From: Eubacteriales bacterium
GTDB taxonomy: Bacteria; Bacillota; Clostridia; Oscillospirales; QAKW01
Assembly (NCBI GenBank): GCA_045546995.1
Contig: JAZQDW010000056.1
Location: forward strand, 3,701 to 67,700
Direction of reading: 5' to 3'
DNA length: 64,000 nt
The position numbers and the translations under genes were made by a program. Under the pieces are notes generated by a model. It saw only the letters and a program-made list of their open reading frames with translations. It searched no databases and was not told the origin of the DNA. This document shows positions 1-9,387 of the stretch, piece by piece (position 1 is the first letter of the stretch; each line of letters starts with the position of its first letter).

Positions 1-699
1 CTGCGCCAAAATCTGCAGGGTGTAGGCCACGCCGCTGGACAGCACGCCTGTGTATACGATGGGGAGCCATGCGGATAAAACCGCTTGCGGCGCACTGGGG
101 CCTGCAATCAGCGCCGCCACCAGACTCAACACACCGCACACTAAAAACTGGATGCAGGACATTTTAACGCCGTCCACCTTGGGAGAAAAATGGTCAATGA
201 CCATGATGTGCGCCGTGAAAGCGATGGCGCACAGCAGGACCAATAAATCGCCGATCTCCAATGTAAATCCGTCGGTCATACACAGCAGATAAAACCCAAC
301 GGTACTCAGCGCCACACCGGGCCAAACGATCCACGCCGGCTTTTTGCCGAACAGCAATCCTGCCACCGGAACAAAAATGACGTATAGGGTGGTGATAAAT
401 CCTGCCTTGGCGGTGGTGGTATATACGATGCCGTATTGTTGCAGGGCAGAGGCGATAAATAAAATAACGCCACAGAAAATGCCGCCCAGCCACAGCGTCT
501 TGCGATCTCCGCTTTTTTCTTTTTTGGAAAACAGGGCAATGACGGGTAGCAGTACCACCGCGCCCAATAAATATCTCGCCGCCATAAAGGATAACGGATC
601 CACGTTGTCCATGGCGTTGCTTTGCGCTACAAATGCCGTGCCCCAGATCAGGGCGGTCAGCAGCATCATTAAATTTCCTTTCAGCTTTTGACCTTTCAT
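1..699 (-). CDS. DMT/EamA family transporter (3' end runs off the window)
   Basis: Hand-translated, not in the ORF track: ATG at 699 after GGAGG, MKGQKLKGNLMMLLTALIWGTAFVAQ...LQQYGIVYTTTAKAGFITTLYVIFVP...VAYTLQILAQ, typical EamA repeats. Confidence 0.9.
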   Translation of the reverse strand, partial: MKGQKLKGNLMMLLTALIWGTAFVAQSNAMDNVDPLSFMAARYLLGAVVLLPVIALFSKKEKSGDRKTLWLGGIFCGVILFIASALQQYGIVYTTTAKAGFITTLYVIFVPVAGLLFGKKPAWIVWPGVALSTVGFYLLCMTDGFTLEIGDLLVLLCAIAFTAHIMVIDHFSPKVDGVKMSCIQFLVCGVLSLVAALIAGPSAPQAVLSAWLPIVYTGVLSSGVAYTLQILAQ

Positions 700-828
700 A
701 GATTCCTCCATATGAAATATAGTATAGATGTTACCATATCCTGCACTTTTCGTCAAGAAACGGGGGTGGAAAAATGAAAAAAGATATGTTATAATATATT
801 GAATCATGTTTTAAGGGAGAGAATGAAT

Positions 829-2319
829 ATGCCTTATAATGCAATTTCTGATTTGGTTGAATACGGTATCCGTTGCAATCTGTTGCGGGTGGAGGATGCG
901 ATCTTCGTTACCAACAGCCTGATTGCCGCCTTCGGGCTGTCCGACTATGCCCCGGACAGAGCGGCGGAGGAACGCCCCCTGGAGGAAATTCTGGATGAAC
1001 TGCTGGAGGCCGCGGCCAAGCTGGGGCTGATCGACGGTGAAAGCCAGACCGAACGGGATTTGTTTGATGCCAAACTGATGGGTCTGATGATGCCCCGTCC
1101 CAGTCAGGTCATTGACGAGTTCTGGGCGGACTATGAGGAGGATCCGGTGCTGGCCACCGACCGCTATTACCGTTTGAGCCAGGACAGTGACTATATCCGC
1201 CGCTATCGTATTGCCAAGGATATCAAATGGCAAACACCCACGGCTTACGGTGATCTGGATATCACCATCAATTTGTCTAAGCCCGAAAAGGATCCTAAGG
1301 CCATTGCCGCCGCCCTCAGCGCTAAGCAGAGCAGTTATCCTGCCTGCGCCCTGTGTAAGGAAAACGAGGGTTATGCCGGCAGAATGAATCCGGCCGCCCG
1401 TCAAAATCACCGTATCATTCCCTTGCGTCTGGCAGGGGAGGACTGGTATCTGCAGTATTCTCCTTATGTATATTACAACGAACATTGCATCGTCCTGTGC
1501 GGTGAGCACACTCCGATGAAGATCACCCGCAAGACCTTTGAACGGTTGTTGGATTTCACCGATAGATTTCCGCACTATTTTCTCGGCTCCAATGCGGATC
1601 TTCCCATCGTGGGCGGTTCTATTTTGACGCACGATCATTTTCAGGGCGGTCATTATACCTTCCCTATGGAACGGGCGCCCATCGTTCATCCCGTTACCTT
1701 TACCGGCTTTGAGGACGTCAGTGCCGGTATTGTCAAATGGCCGTTGAGCGTGCTGCGACTTCGCTGTGCGGATAAGGAGCGTTTGGTCGAGCTGGCAGAC
1801 AAAATTTTGGTCGCCTGGCGCGGCTATACGAATGAAGAGGCGTTCATCTTTGCTCATACCGACGGCGCAGATCATAACACCATCACCCCCATCGCCCGTA
1901 GACGGGATGAGGATTTTGAACTGGATCTGGTGTTGCGCAATAACATAACCACGGAGGAGCATCCCTTGGGCGTGTATCATCCCCATGCGGAGCTGCACCA
2001 TATTAAAAAGGAAAATATCGGGTTGATCGAGGTGCTGGGCCTTGCCGTATTGCCCGCTCGCCTGAAACAGGAGATCGCCGAGCTGCGTACCGCTATTTTG
2101 GAGGGACGGGACATATCCGACGACGAGACCCTTGCTAAGCATAAGCCTTGGGTGGACGAATTCACCGCCCGGTACGAACGTCTGGACGAAAGCAATATCG
2201 ATCAGGTATTGCAGGACGAGGTGGGCGCTGTGTTCTGTCAGGTGCTGGAGCACGCGGGCGTGTATAAAAATGTGGATGCCTTCGTAAAATTTACTGAATA
2301 CGTAAATCAGTTGGTGTAA
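829..2319 (+). CDS. galT: UDP-glucose--hexose-1-phosphate uridylyltransferase (Firmicute type-2 GalT)
   Basis: ITINLSKPEKDPKAIA, YPACALCKENEGY, GSNADLPIVGGSILTHDHFQGG, HHIKKENIGLIEV; RBS AAGGGAGA 8 nt before ATG 829. Confidence 0.95.
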   Translation: MPYNAISDLVEYGIRCNLLRVEDAIFVTNSLIAAFGLSDYAPDRAAEERPLEEILDELLEAAAKLGLIDGESQTERDLFDAKLMGLMMPRPSQVIDEFWADYEEDPVLATDRYYRLSQDSDYIRRYRIAKDIKWQTPTAYGDLDITINLSKPEKDPKAIAAALSAKQSSYPACALCKENEGYAGRMNPAARQNHRIIPLRLAGEDWYLQYSPYVYYNEHCIVLCGEHTPMKITRKTFERLLDFTDRFPHYFLGSNADLPIVGGSILTHDHFQGGHYTFPMERAPIVHPVTFTGFEDVSAGIVKWPLSVLRLRCADKERLVELADKILVAWRGYTNEEAFIFAHTDGADHNTITPIARRRDEDFELDLVLRNNITTEEHPLGVYHPHAELHHIKKENIGLIEVLGLAVLPARLKQEIAELRTAILEGRDISDDETLAKHKPWVDEFTARYERLDESNIDQVLQDEVGAVFCQVLEHAGVYKNVDAFVKFTEYVNQLV

Positions 2320-2320
2320 A

Positions 2321-3307
2321 ATGAAAAAAATCAGTTTCACCCTTGGCCCGCGCGGTAAAAAAGTCTTGAAGGCGCTTGGGTTGTTCGGGATTACCATCGT
2401 TTGTCTTTGCCTGATCAGCGCCCTGGCGCTTGGCGCCATCGGTCTGGGCGTGTACAGCTATGTCTTTTCAAAGTTCGAGCCGGAAACGGTCAAGATCAAA
2501 ACGGAAAATATCGCAATTTCTGAGAAGGCGCCGCAAACCAAAATGAAACATATTGCCGTATTCGGCATCGATACCGATGGTGAGGGTACGGGACGCTCGG
2601 ACACCATTATGATCTTTACGGTGGATCAAGAGAATAAACAACTCAAGCTCAGCAGTATCCTCCGCGACAGCTACGTTTCGGTCAAGGGGCACGATCAGGA
2701 TAAGATCAATCACGCCTTTGCCTACGGGGGCGCAGAGCTGGCGCTCCATACCATCAACAGTAATTTTAATATGAATATTTCTGAGTACGTGGCTTTGGAT
2801 TTTCGTGATTTCGTGCAGATTATCGATATGCTGGGCGGCGTGGATCTGGAGCTGACGGCGCAGGAATGCGAGCAGATCAATCTCGGCGCAAAATTCATCG
2901 ATCCCTCGGCAGGAACTGTGCCGTTGGGCGGCAACGTCCATCTCAACGGTGCGCAGGCTATCACCTATTCCCGTATCCGTAAAATTGACAGTGAAGTGGA
3001 ACGCACCGCCCGTCAACGGCGTTTGATCCAGCAATTGGCCTACAAGCTGAAAAATCAAAATCTGACGGACTATCCGAAGCTGATCAGGGATTTTCTTCCA
3101 CTGATGGAAACCAGCCTTACGGAGGGCGAATTGTTAAATCTGGCAATGGACGTACTTGCCTGCGATCCCGATATTAAGCAATATACGTTGCCGGGTGATG
3201 CAGATGAGCCATGGGGCGGCACTTACGACGGCTTTTGGTGCTGGCGTTTTGACATTCCTGCCGCCGCCCAACGTTGGCATAATTTTTTGAAAACAAAAGT
3301 TGAGTGA
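2321..3307 (+). CDS. LCP (LytR-CpsA-Psr) family cell-wall polymer ligase
   Basis: N-terminal TM helix; GRSDTIM, SILRDSYV, KINHAFAYGG, YSRIRK...RTARQR. Confidence 0.92.
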   Translation: MKKISFTLGPRGKKVLKALGLFGITIVCLCLISALALGAIGLGVYSYVFSKFEPETVKIKTENIAISEKAPQTKMKHIAVFGIDTDGEGTGRSDTIMIFTVDQENKQLKLSSILRDSYVSVKGHDQDKINHAFAYGGAELALHTINSNFNMNISEYVALDFRDFVQIIDMLGGVDLELTAQECEQINLGAKFIDPSAGTVPLGGNVHLNGAQAITYSRIRKIDSEVERTARQRRLIQQLAYKLKNQNLTDYPKLIRDFLPLMETSLTEGELLNLAMDVLACDPDIKQYTLPGDADEPWGGTYDGFWCWRFDIPAAAQRWHNFLKTKVE

Positions 3308-4377
3308 AAAATATGGAAAAGCAAACCTTGACCCGTGAAGAACGGGCCCGCATCGCCGCACGGCGGCGTACGGCACAACTGGGTCAGTATCCCGGGGGAG
3401 AAAGACAGCCATCGCCCCGCCCGTCCCACAAAAAAAGAAGAAAAAAGAAAAAGCATACCGCTTTGGCGGTATGCTTGGTCGTGGTGGCTGTTTTGGTGCT
3501 GTGCGTGGTTGGTGTGATCAATTTTGTGCTGGGTGACTATCATAAGGCAGAAACCTTTTCAGCCAAGGATTTGGCGGTTTCCGCCGATGCTCCCTCCGGA
3601 TTGCGGCATATTGCTGTATTCGGCGTAGACAGCTATGATCAGTTGGAGGGGCGTGCGGACAGCACCATGGTCATCACTATGGATAAAAAGCATCGACAGA
3701 TCAAATTAACTTCCATTCAGCGGGACAGCTATCTGCCGGTCAAGGATCACGGTAATGATAAGCTGACGCACGCCTTTGCCTACGGTGGGGCCGAATTGAT
3801 GTTGCACACCATCAATAGCAACTTTGATATGAACGTCACCGATTACGTGGTGCTCGACTATAAGGACGTTGCCGATATGGTGGATATTATGGGCGGTCTG
3901 GTGCTTGATATTTCCGAGTCGGAACGAAAAGAACTGAACCGTATCTGCCTTGAAATGGATCCCACTCACGAACAGGTAGAGGAATCGGGGGAACAATATC
4001 TGGACGGTTTGCAGGTCACGGCCTTTGCCCGTATCCGCAAAATCGACTCCGAGACACAGCGCACTGCCCGACAACGGTTGGTTTTAGGCAAGTTATTTGA
4101 AAAAATGAAGCAAAAAAATGTGGCGGATTATCCTGATTTGCTGCGCAAGCTTGCGGCCGTTCCTACCTGCTCGCTGAGCAAGCAGGAGCTGATTTCACTG
4201 GCAACGCAGGCCTTGACCTATGATACGCAGGTGCGTCAGTACGTCATTCCGTCCGCAGAGGACGACGCCATCGGTGGTAGCTATTCCGGCTTTTGGTGTT
4301 GGCGTTACGATATCGACGCCGCTAAAGAAAGATGGCATACTTTCCTCAAAGAGGATGTCTCTGTTGAAGAAAACTAG
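3304..4377 (+). CDS. LCP family protein (tandem paralog)
   Basis: Basic cytoplasmic tail + TM helix; GRADSTM, SIQRDSYL, KLTHAFAYGG, FARIRK...RTARQR; start may be ATG 3313. Confidence 0.92.
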   Translation: MKNMEKQTLTREERARIAARRRTAQLGQYPGGERQPSPRPSHKKRRKKKKHTALAVCLVVVAVLVLCVVGVINFVLGDYHKAETFSAKDLAVSADAPSGLRHIAVFGVDSYDQLEGRADSTMVITMDKKHRQIKLTSIQRDSYLPVKDHGNDKLTHAFAYGGAELMLHTINSNFDMNVTDYVVLDYKDVADMVDIMGGLVLDISESERKELNRICLEMDPTHEQVEESGEQYLDGLQVTAFARIRKIDSETQRTARQRLVLGKLFEKMKQKNVADYPDLLRKLAAVPTCSLSKQELISLATQALTYDTQVRQYVIPSAEDDAIGGSYSGFWCWRYDIDAAKERWHTFLKEDVSVEEN

Positions 4378-4607
4378 CGGTTGCTTTTGACCCAGATGGT
4401 CTCCTCGGTGATGCGCTGAATCTCTTTCCAGGGGATCTGCCGTGTTTCGTTGCGGGTAAACCGCAGGGAAAAACCGGGCGTGGCAAGGCATAAATACAAA
4501 ATGTTGCCGCATTCGTCAAAGACGATATCATCGGGAAAACCCAAACGAGCGCCGTCGCAGACGTCGATGACTTCCTTTCGCTTTAATTCGCATACGGTGT
4601 ATGTCAA
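4374..4607 (-). CDS. YlmC/YmxH family PRC-barrel sporulation protein
   Basis: ELKRKEVIDVCDGARLG...IPWKEIQRITEETIWV; TTG start after GGGTGA. Confidence 0.85.
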   Translation of the reverse strand: MTYTVCELKRKEVIDVCDGARLGFPDDIVFDECGNILYLCLATPGFSLRFTRNETRQIPWKEIQRITEETIWVKSNR

Positions 4608-4624
4608 TTGTTATCACCCGTAAC

Positions 4625-4654
4625 AGTATATGCACGGCAAAGAAGAGGTATGAC
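4625..4654 (-). promoter_or_regulatory. sigmaE-type sporulation promoter for the ylmC-like gene
   Basis: Minus strand reads GTCATA-N16-CATATACT, resembling the mother-cell sigmaE consensus. Confidence 0.6.
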
Positions 4655-4662
4655 GCTATGCG

Positions 4663-5232
4663 TTAGCGACGATCTATTTCTTCCATGCGTTCCAGATGCG
4701 ACCGGATGGGCTCCACCGCCTTAAAACAGCCGAAACTCAATAGGATCATAATGACCAACGTGATGGCCGCCGGGAGCAGGCGCAATAACGCCGTGGCCCA
4801 AAATCCCGTGCCGTACATCACACAGAGGGCAACGGTCTTAAGTATCAACTCAATGATAACCGTTTCTGTTACACTTGCAATTATGCAGCGTGACAGGGAC
4901 GGTTTTTCTTTATAATAAAACAATCCGAACAATAGTCCCATGGCAGCCATACACAGCGTGATGCCGATATTTAAGGGGCCGGGGGTGCGCAAGATCCATG
5001 CAATAAGATCGCCCAATCCGCCCACGATCGCCCCCATTACCGGCCCCAATAAATAGCCGGTGATGGCAAGAAAGATAAAGCTCAGGCTGATTTTGACAGA
5101 TTCGCTGGGATAAAACTGCAAAAAAAAGGAAGATAAAACATACAATGCCATCAGCATGGCGCCGACAGTCAGAGTGCGGAGTTGTTTTATCTTCTGAAAT
5201 GAATCTGTGATTTTAAAAATGAATTTACGCAT
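4663..5232 (-). CDS. folT: Folate ECF transporter S component
   Basis: Hydrophobic ~189 aa, ISLSFIFLAITGYLLGPVMGAIVGGLGDLI; ATG 5232 after AAGGAGGT; preceded by a THF riboswitch. Confidence 0.9.
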   Translation of the reverse strand: MRKFIFKITDSFQKIKQLRTLTVGAMLMALYVLSSFFLQFYPSESVKISLSFIFLAITGYLLGPVMGAIVGGLGDLIAWILRTPGPLNIGITLCMAAMGLLFGLFYYKEKPSLSRCIIASVTETVIIELILKTVALCVMYGTGFWATALLRLLPAAITLVIMILLSFGCFKAVEPIRSHLERMEEIDRR

Positions 5233-5290
5233 AGCAGATACCTCCTTACAAAATTTTTCCGTTCGTTGTAAGGGAAGGTCCTTATACAAC

Positions 5291-5389
5291 GCAGCGGGAT
5301 GCGATGGACAAACCGCAAGCCTTCCGGCTTTTCGTGTCTCGAGCAACTCCCCGTCCCGAGACCACTTGACGCTTGTCCGTCTACTCTGC
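5291..5389 (-). promoter_or_regulatory. THF (tetrahydrofolate) riboswitch
   Basis: Minus strand GCAGAGTAG...GCGTCAAGTG...GACGGGGAGTTG...ACGAAAAGC...GCTTGCGG...CGCATCCCGCTGC matches THF-I landmarks; upstream of folT; promoter TTGACA(5427-5422)-N16-TATAAT(5405-5400). Confidence 0.93.
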
Positions 5390-5471
5390 TTACGAGTTTA
5401 TTATATCACGCTTGTTTGGTTTGTCAATAAAAAACGGATATCCGTTTTAAAAATTCGGATATCCGTTAAAA

Positions 5472-6848
5472 TTAAAAGAATTTTGTGATGATGCCCTGTA
5501 TCCAGAAGATGAGCAGCAAGGCGGGCAGGATCCATTTTGCATAAAAATACATCCATTTGGCGGCCGGGATCTTGACGCCTTTTCCGGCGTTAGCCTCGGC
5601 TATAAAGCGTTTCCAGCCCCATGCTCCCTTTTCGCGTGTACAAAACAGTACGTAGATCACGCTGCCCAACGGCAGGATGTTGTTGCTGATAATAAAGTCC
5701 TCCAGGTCCATAATATTGGTGCCTGCGCCCAATGGGGCAAAGCCGGACCATACGTTAAAGCCAAGAACGCAGGGGATAGACAGCACCAGCAATAAAATGC
5801 CGTTGACAAGGCAGGACTTTTTGCGGCTCCAGTTCCATTTGTCACACACGCAGGAAACGATGTTTTCAAAAACACCGATGATGGTGGACATGGCTGCAAA
5901 TACCATAAAGACGAAGAACAGCGCGCCCCATACTCTGCCCAGGGGCATTTCGTTGAACAGATTGGGCAGGGTCTCAAACACCAGACCGGGGCCGGCGCCG
6001 GCATCCAGATCGTAGGCAAAGCAGGCGGGAATAATGATCAGTCCTGCGGTAAAGGCCACAAAGGTATCCAGCGCGGCAATGGACATGGATTCTCCGAACA
6101 GACGGCGGTCCCTGCCGATATAACTGCCGAATATAGCCATACTGCCCATGCCGATGGAAAGCGTAAAGAACGCCTGTCCCAGCGCAGCAAAGATCACCTC
6201 ACCCCATCCGTGCTCATTGATACCGTCCAGGCTGGGGAGCAGGTAGTATTTAATACCTTCACCGGCGCCGGGCAGGGTGACCGAGCGTACCGCCAGTACG
6301 ATAATAATGGCAAACAACGCCATCATCATTACCTTGGTGATGCGTTCCACACCGTTTTGCAGTCCCAGCGAGCAGACCAAAACACCGAGGATCACGGATA
6401 GCGCCATAAATATAAGCATAATTTTCGGTTCAGCGGTCAATTGCTTAAATTGTGCGCTGATCGCATCGGGCTGTAATCCTACAAAATCTCCCCGCAGCAT
6501 TTTCAGTACGTAGGCAAACATCCAGCCGGTAACGGTGGTGTAAAACATCATCAGCAGATAATTGCCGATCAAACCGACCCATCCGAAGGTGTGCCATTTG
6601 GTGCCGGCCGGCTCCAGTCGACGAAAGGACGTCATAATACTTTTTTGACTGGCTCGTCCCACTGCAAATTCCATCGTCATAATGGGAAGACCGAAAATGA
6701 CCAAAAACAGCAGATAAATCAAAATAAAGGTGGCGCCGCCGTATTGACCGACAATGTATGGAAACCGCCATACGTTTCCAAGTCCGATGGCGCAACCGGC
6801 TGCAATCAGGATAAAGCCGAGTCTCGATCCGAATTTTTCTCTTGCCAT
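5472..6848 (-). CDS. Sodium-dependent transporter, NSS/SNF (LeuT-like) family
   Basis: SRLGFILIAAGCAIGLGNVWRFPY, ALGQAFFTLSIG; ATG 6848 after AAGGAG. Confidence 0.95.
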   Translation of the reverse strand: MAREKFGSRLGFILIAAGCAIGLGNVWRFPYIVGQYGGATFILIYLLFLVIFGLPIMTMEFAVGRASQKSIMTSFRRLEPAGTKWHTFGWVGLIGNYLLMMFYTTVTGWMFAYVLKMLRGDFVGLQPDAISAQFKQLTAEPKIMLIFMALSVILGVLVCSLGLQNGVERITKVMMMALFAIIIVLAVRSVTLPGAGEGIKYYLLPSLDGINEHGWGEVIFAALGQAFFTLSIGMGSMAIFGSYIGRDRRLFGESMSIAALDTFVAFTAGLIIIPACFAYDLDAGAGPGLVFETLPNLFNEMPLGRVWGALFFVFMVFAAMSTIIGVFENIVSCVCDKWNWSRKKSCLVNGILLLVLSIPCVLGFNVWSGFAPLGAGTNIMDLEDFIISNNILPLGSVIYVLFCTREKGAWGWKRFIAEANAGKGVKIPAAKWMYFYAKWILPALLLIFWIQGIITKFF

Positions 6849-6915
6849 TGTTTTCTCCTTGTGCGACAAAACAGAGGGAAACGATCGTTTCCCTCTGTTT
6901 GTACGTTGTACTATT

Positions 6916-7137
6916 TTACAGTTCGATGGTGTTGAGCAGATCACGCAATGCGATGAGCTCTTCTTTGGTAAAGGTCAAGCCCTTGTTCATTTTGGTGCCA
7001 TCGGGAGACCAATCACGAATATCGTATTTGGGATCTCTTCCGGCCCAGCTGATCAGCTTAACTTCCTTTGCCCAGCCGTTGGGTCCATCGACCAGTTTGC
7101 CGAAAGTGTCCTTAACTTCGTAAGTGAATCCTGCCAT
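6916..7137 (-). CDS. YdbC/PC4-like ssDNA-binding protein
   Basis: GWAKEVKLISW...KYDIRDWSPDGTKMNKGLTF. Confidence 0.88.
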   Translation of the reverse strand: MAGFTYEVKDTFGKLVDGPNGWAKEVKLISWAGRDPKYDIRDWSPDGTKMNKGLTFTKEELIALRDLLNTIEL

Positions 7138-7275
7138 TTATGTAGCCCCCTTATATAAAAATTTTATTATCTTTATTATATTAAATTATATTTATATATG
7201 TCAACACATTTTTTTCTTTTTGGGGCTGATTTGTTAAAAAATAGCAAAAAAATACGCAAATCAGCCCCAAAAAGC

Positions 7276-7494
7276 TTATTCTTTATCGATTGAACGGTGA
7301 TCAGCGGGTACGATTTTTTGAAACAGAATCGAAATTGCCCACAGACCTGCCAGACCGACAACGGTAAAGATGATCCGGCTGATCAATGCATCGGTGCCGC
7401 CGAAAATAAATCCAACCAGGTCAAAGCCGAACAGGCCGACCAACCCCCAGTTGATTGCGCCGATGATGATTAAAACCAAGGATAACTTATTCAT
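7276..7494 (-). CDS. DUF378 (YuzA-like) small membrane protein
   Basis: LVLIIIGAINWGLVGLFGFDLVGFIFGG...SRIIFTVVGLAGLW; ATG 7494 after AAGGAG. Confidence 0.9.
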   Translation of the reverse strand: MNKLSLVLIIIGAINWGLVGLFGFDLVGFIFGGTDALISRIIFTVVGLAGLWAISILFQKIVPADHRSIDKE

Positions 7495-7526
7495 ATTGGT
7501 ACACTCCTTTTTTTGATATTTGTTTT

Positions 7527-7555
7527 CATTGTGCCCGATTTGAAATAAATTATGC
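7527..7555 (-). promoter_or_regulatory. sigmaF/sigmaG-type forespore promoter for the DUF378 gene
   Basis: Minus strand GCATA-N15-GGCACAATG fits the sigmaF consensus GYATA-N15-GGnnAnAhTR. Confidence 0.6.
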
Positions 7556-8143
7556 ATCATTCGGTTTAAATACGGCGCTGTCGATCATTTTGCCCCGTTC
7601 GACCAGTATTCCTTCATATTCGACGCCGGTACGGCAAGGAAGGCCGTATTCGTTCAGCTGTAACATCAGCGCCGCAAATTTTGGATGTTCCAGCTGCATC
7701 GGTGAGAATTCCATCGTACAATACAGCCGATTTTGATATAGATACAAGGAACTTTCCGAGGGCAACAGCGTCGGATGACCGGCAAGGATCTTTTGCATAC
7801 CGCGGATATGATCGGGATGCTGTAATAAAAAGATCCGCATTTCATCATTTTCGCCGCCGCTTTTTCGTAACTGAAGCGGTGTATCCGGATCGTTACCGAC
7901 GGTAATGGTGATATAATAATTACCGCCGCAGGCAGGCGTTGCCTCTAAAATCAACGCATTCTCCAAAAAGGATATGCCCGTTTCTTCTAAAATTTTCAAA
8001 AGGATCTTATATATAAATTCTGCGCTTTGATCGTCGGCAGTATTCAGTCGTTGATAGGGGACTTTATAGTCGCGAATATCCTTTGCTTCAATCAGTACCT
8101 TAACCCGTTTGTCGGTGATTTTTTTGATGATCACAGCCGTCAC
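7550..8143 (-). CDS. mecA: MecA-like ClpC adaptor protein
   Basis: N-term IIKKITDKRVKVLI...FIYKILLKILEETG...LILEA...YYITIT; C-term SSLYLYQNRLY...LNEYG...LVERGKMI. Confidence 0.6.
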   Translation of the reverse strand: MTAVIIKKITDKRVKVLIEAKDIRDYKVPYQRLNTADDQSAEFIYKILLKILEETGISFLENALILEATPACGGNYYITITVGNDPDTPLQLRKSGGENDEMRIFLLQHPDHIRGMQKILAGHPTLLPSESSLYLYQNRLYCTMEFSPMQLEHPKFAALMLQLNEYGLPCRTGVEYEGILVERGKMIDSAVFKPNDA

Positions 8144-8189
8144 CTCTCCTTATATAATATACAAAACTGCATCGGAAAGTGAAAAAATG

Positions 8190-8217
8190 AAAACCGGTCA
8201 GTTTCCTGACCGGTTTT
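8190..8217 (-). terminator. Intrinsic terminator after serA
   Basis: AAAACCGGTCAG-tttc-CTGACCGGTTTT hairpin. Confidence 0.8.
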
Positions 8218-8238
8218 GCGGCTGTTTTAATTGTGGTT

Positions 8239-9387
8239 TCAGATCACTCTGACGCGGATGATGCCATCCAGAGCGGCAATATCCTTGATGTTCTGTTCGG
8301 ATACGTCGGTGTCGCAATCGATGATGGTGTAGGCGAAGTCGCCCTTGGAACGATTGGTCATATTGCCGATGTTGATGCCGTCCTCGGCGATTTCGCCGGA
8401 AATGGAGGACAGAACAGCGGGAATGTTTTTGTGAATGATACAGATTCTGGTTTTGCCGCTACGCGCCATTTCGGTGTTGGGGAAGTTGACGGAGTTGATG
8501 ATGTTGCCGTGCTCCAGATATTCCTTCATCTGATCAACTGCCATCACGGCGCAGTTGTCCTCGCTCTCGGGAGTCGAGGCGCCCAGATGAGGAATGCAAA
8601 GCGCATTGGGCATTGCCAATACTTCAGCATCCGGGAAGTCGGTCACGTACTTGGCAACCTTGCCCTCTGCCAACGCGGCGGCCATATCGGCGTTGTTGAC
8701 CAGACCGCCACGAGCCAGGTTCAGAATACGAACGCCATCCTTCATCAGTGCAATGCTGGTTTTGTTGATGAATTCCTTGGTGTCGGGGGTGAGGGGAGCA
8801 TGAATGCTGATATAATCACACTCTGCGTAAATCTCAGCCAGCGTTGCCATTTTAACGTTGTTGGACAGGTTCCAGGCGGACTTGATGGACAGATAGGGGT
8901 CCTGACCGTAAACCTTCATACCCAGTGCCTGCGCGGCATTGGCCACGTGTACGCCGATGGCGCCCAAGCCGATCACACCCAGCTTTTTGCCCATAATTTC
9001 GGGGCCGACAAATTGGCTTTTCCCTTTTTCAACCTGTTTTGCAACGTCATCGCCGGTCAGGCCCTCGGCCCATTTGATACCGTCAACGATGTTACGGGAG
9101 GCAAGCAACAGTGCGGCAATGGCCAACTCTTTTACAGCGTTGGCGTTAGCGCCGGGGGTGTTGAAAACAACAATGCCCTTTTCAGCGCACTCGTCAACAG
9201 GAATGTTATTGACGCCGGCGCCTGCTCTGGCAATAGCCAGCAAGCTGTCGGGAGTCTCATATTCATGCATATTGGCGCTGCGGACCAAAATACCTTCGGG
9301 GTTGGTGACGTTATCACCAACGGTATAGTTTTCGCCCAGTCGGTCGGTACCGAGCTTGGAAATTTTGTTTAAAGTAAGAATGTTCAT
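8239..9387 (-). CDS. serA: D-3-phosphoglycerate dehydrogenase with ACT domain
   Basis: ARAGAGVNNIP, NTPGANANAVKE, GVIGLGAIG, PHLGASTPESE, C-terminal ACT (HKNIPAVL); coupled to serC. Confidence 0.95.
   Translation of the reverse strand: MNILTLNKISKLGTDRLGENYTVGDNVTNPEGILVRSANMHEYETPDSLLAIARAGAGVNNIPVDECAEKGIVVFNTPGANANAVKELAIAALLLASRNIVDGIKWAEGLTGDDVAKQVEKGKSQFVGPEIMGKKLGVIGLGAIGVHVANAAQALGMKVYGQDPYLSIKSAWNLSNNVKMATLAEIYAECDYISIHAPLTPDTKEFINKTSIALMKDGVRILNLARGGLVNNADMAAALAEGKVAKYVTDFPDAEVLAMPNALCIPHLGASTPESEDNCAVMAVDQMKEYLEHGNIINSVNFPNTEMARSGKTRICIIHKNIPAVLSSISGEIAEDGINIGNMTNRSKGDFAYTIIDCDTDVSEQNIKDIAALDGIIRVRVI

Noticed and set aside
5431..5470. Duplicated palindrome CGGATATCCG as an operator or CRISPR-like repeat
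   Set aside because: Only two copies; best explained as the two arms of the NSS-transporter terminator
7217..7273. 17-bp inverted repeat with a long loop as a MITE
   Set aside because: Single copy, no target-site duplication; position fits the DUF378 terminator
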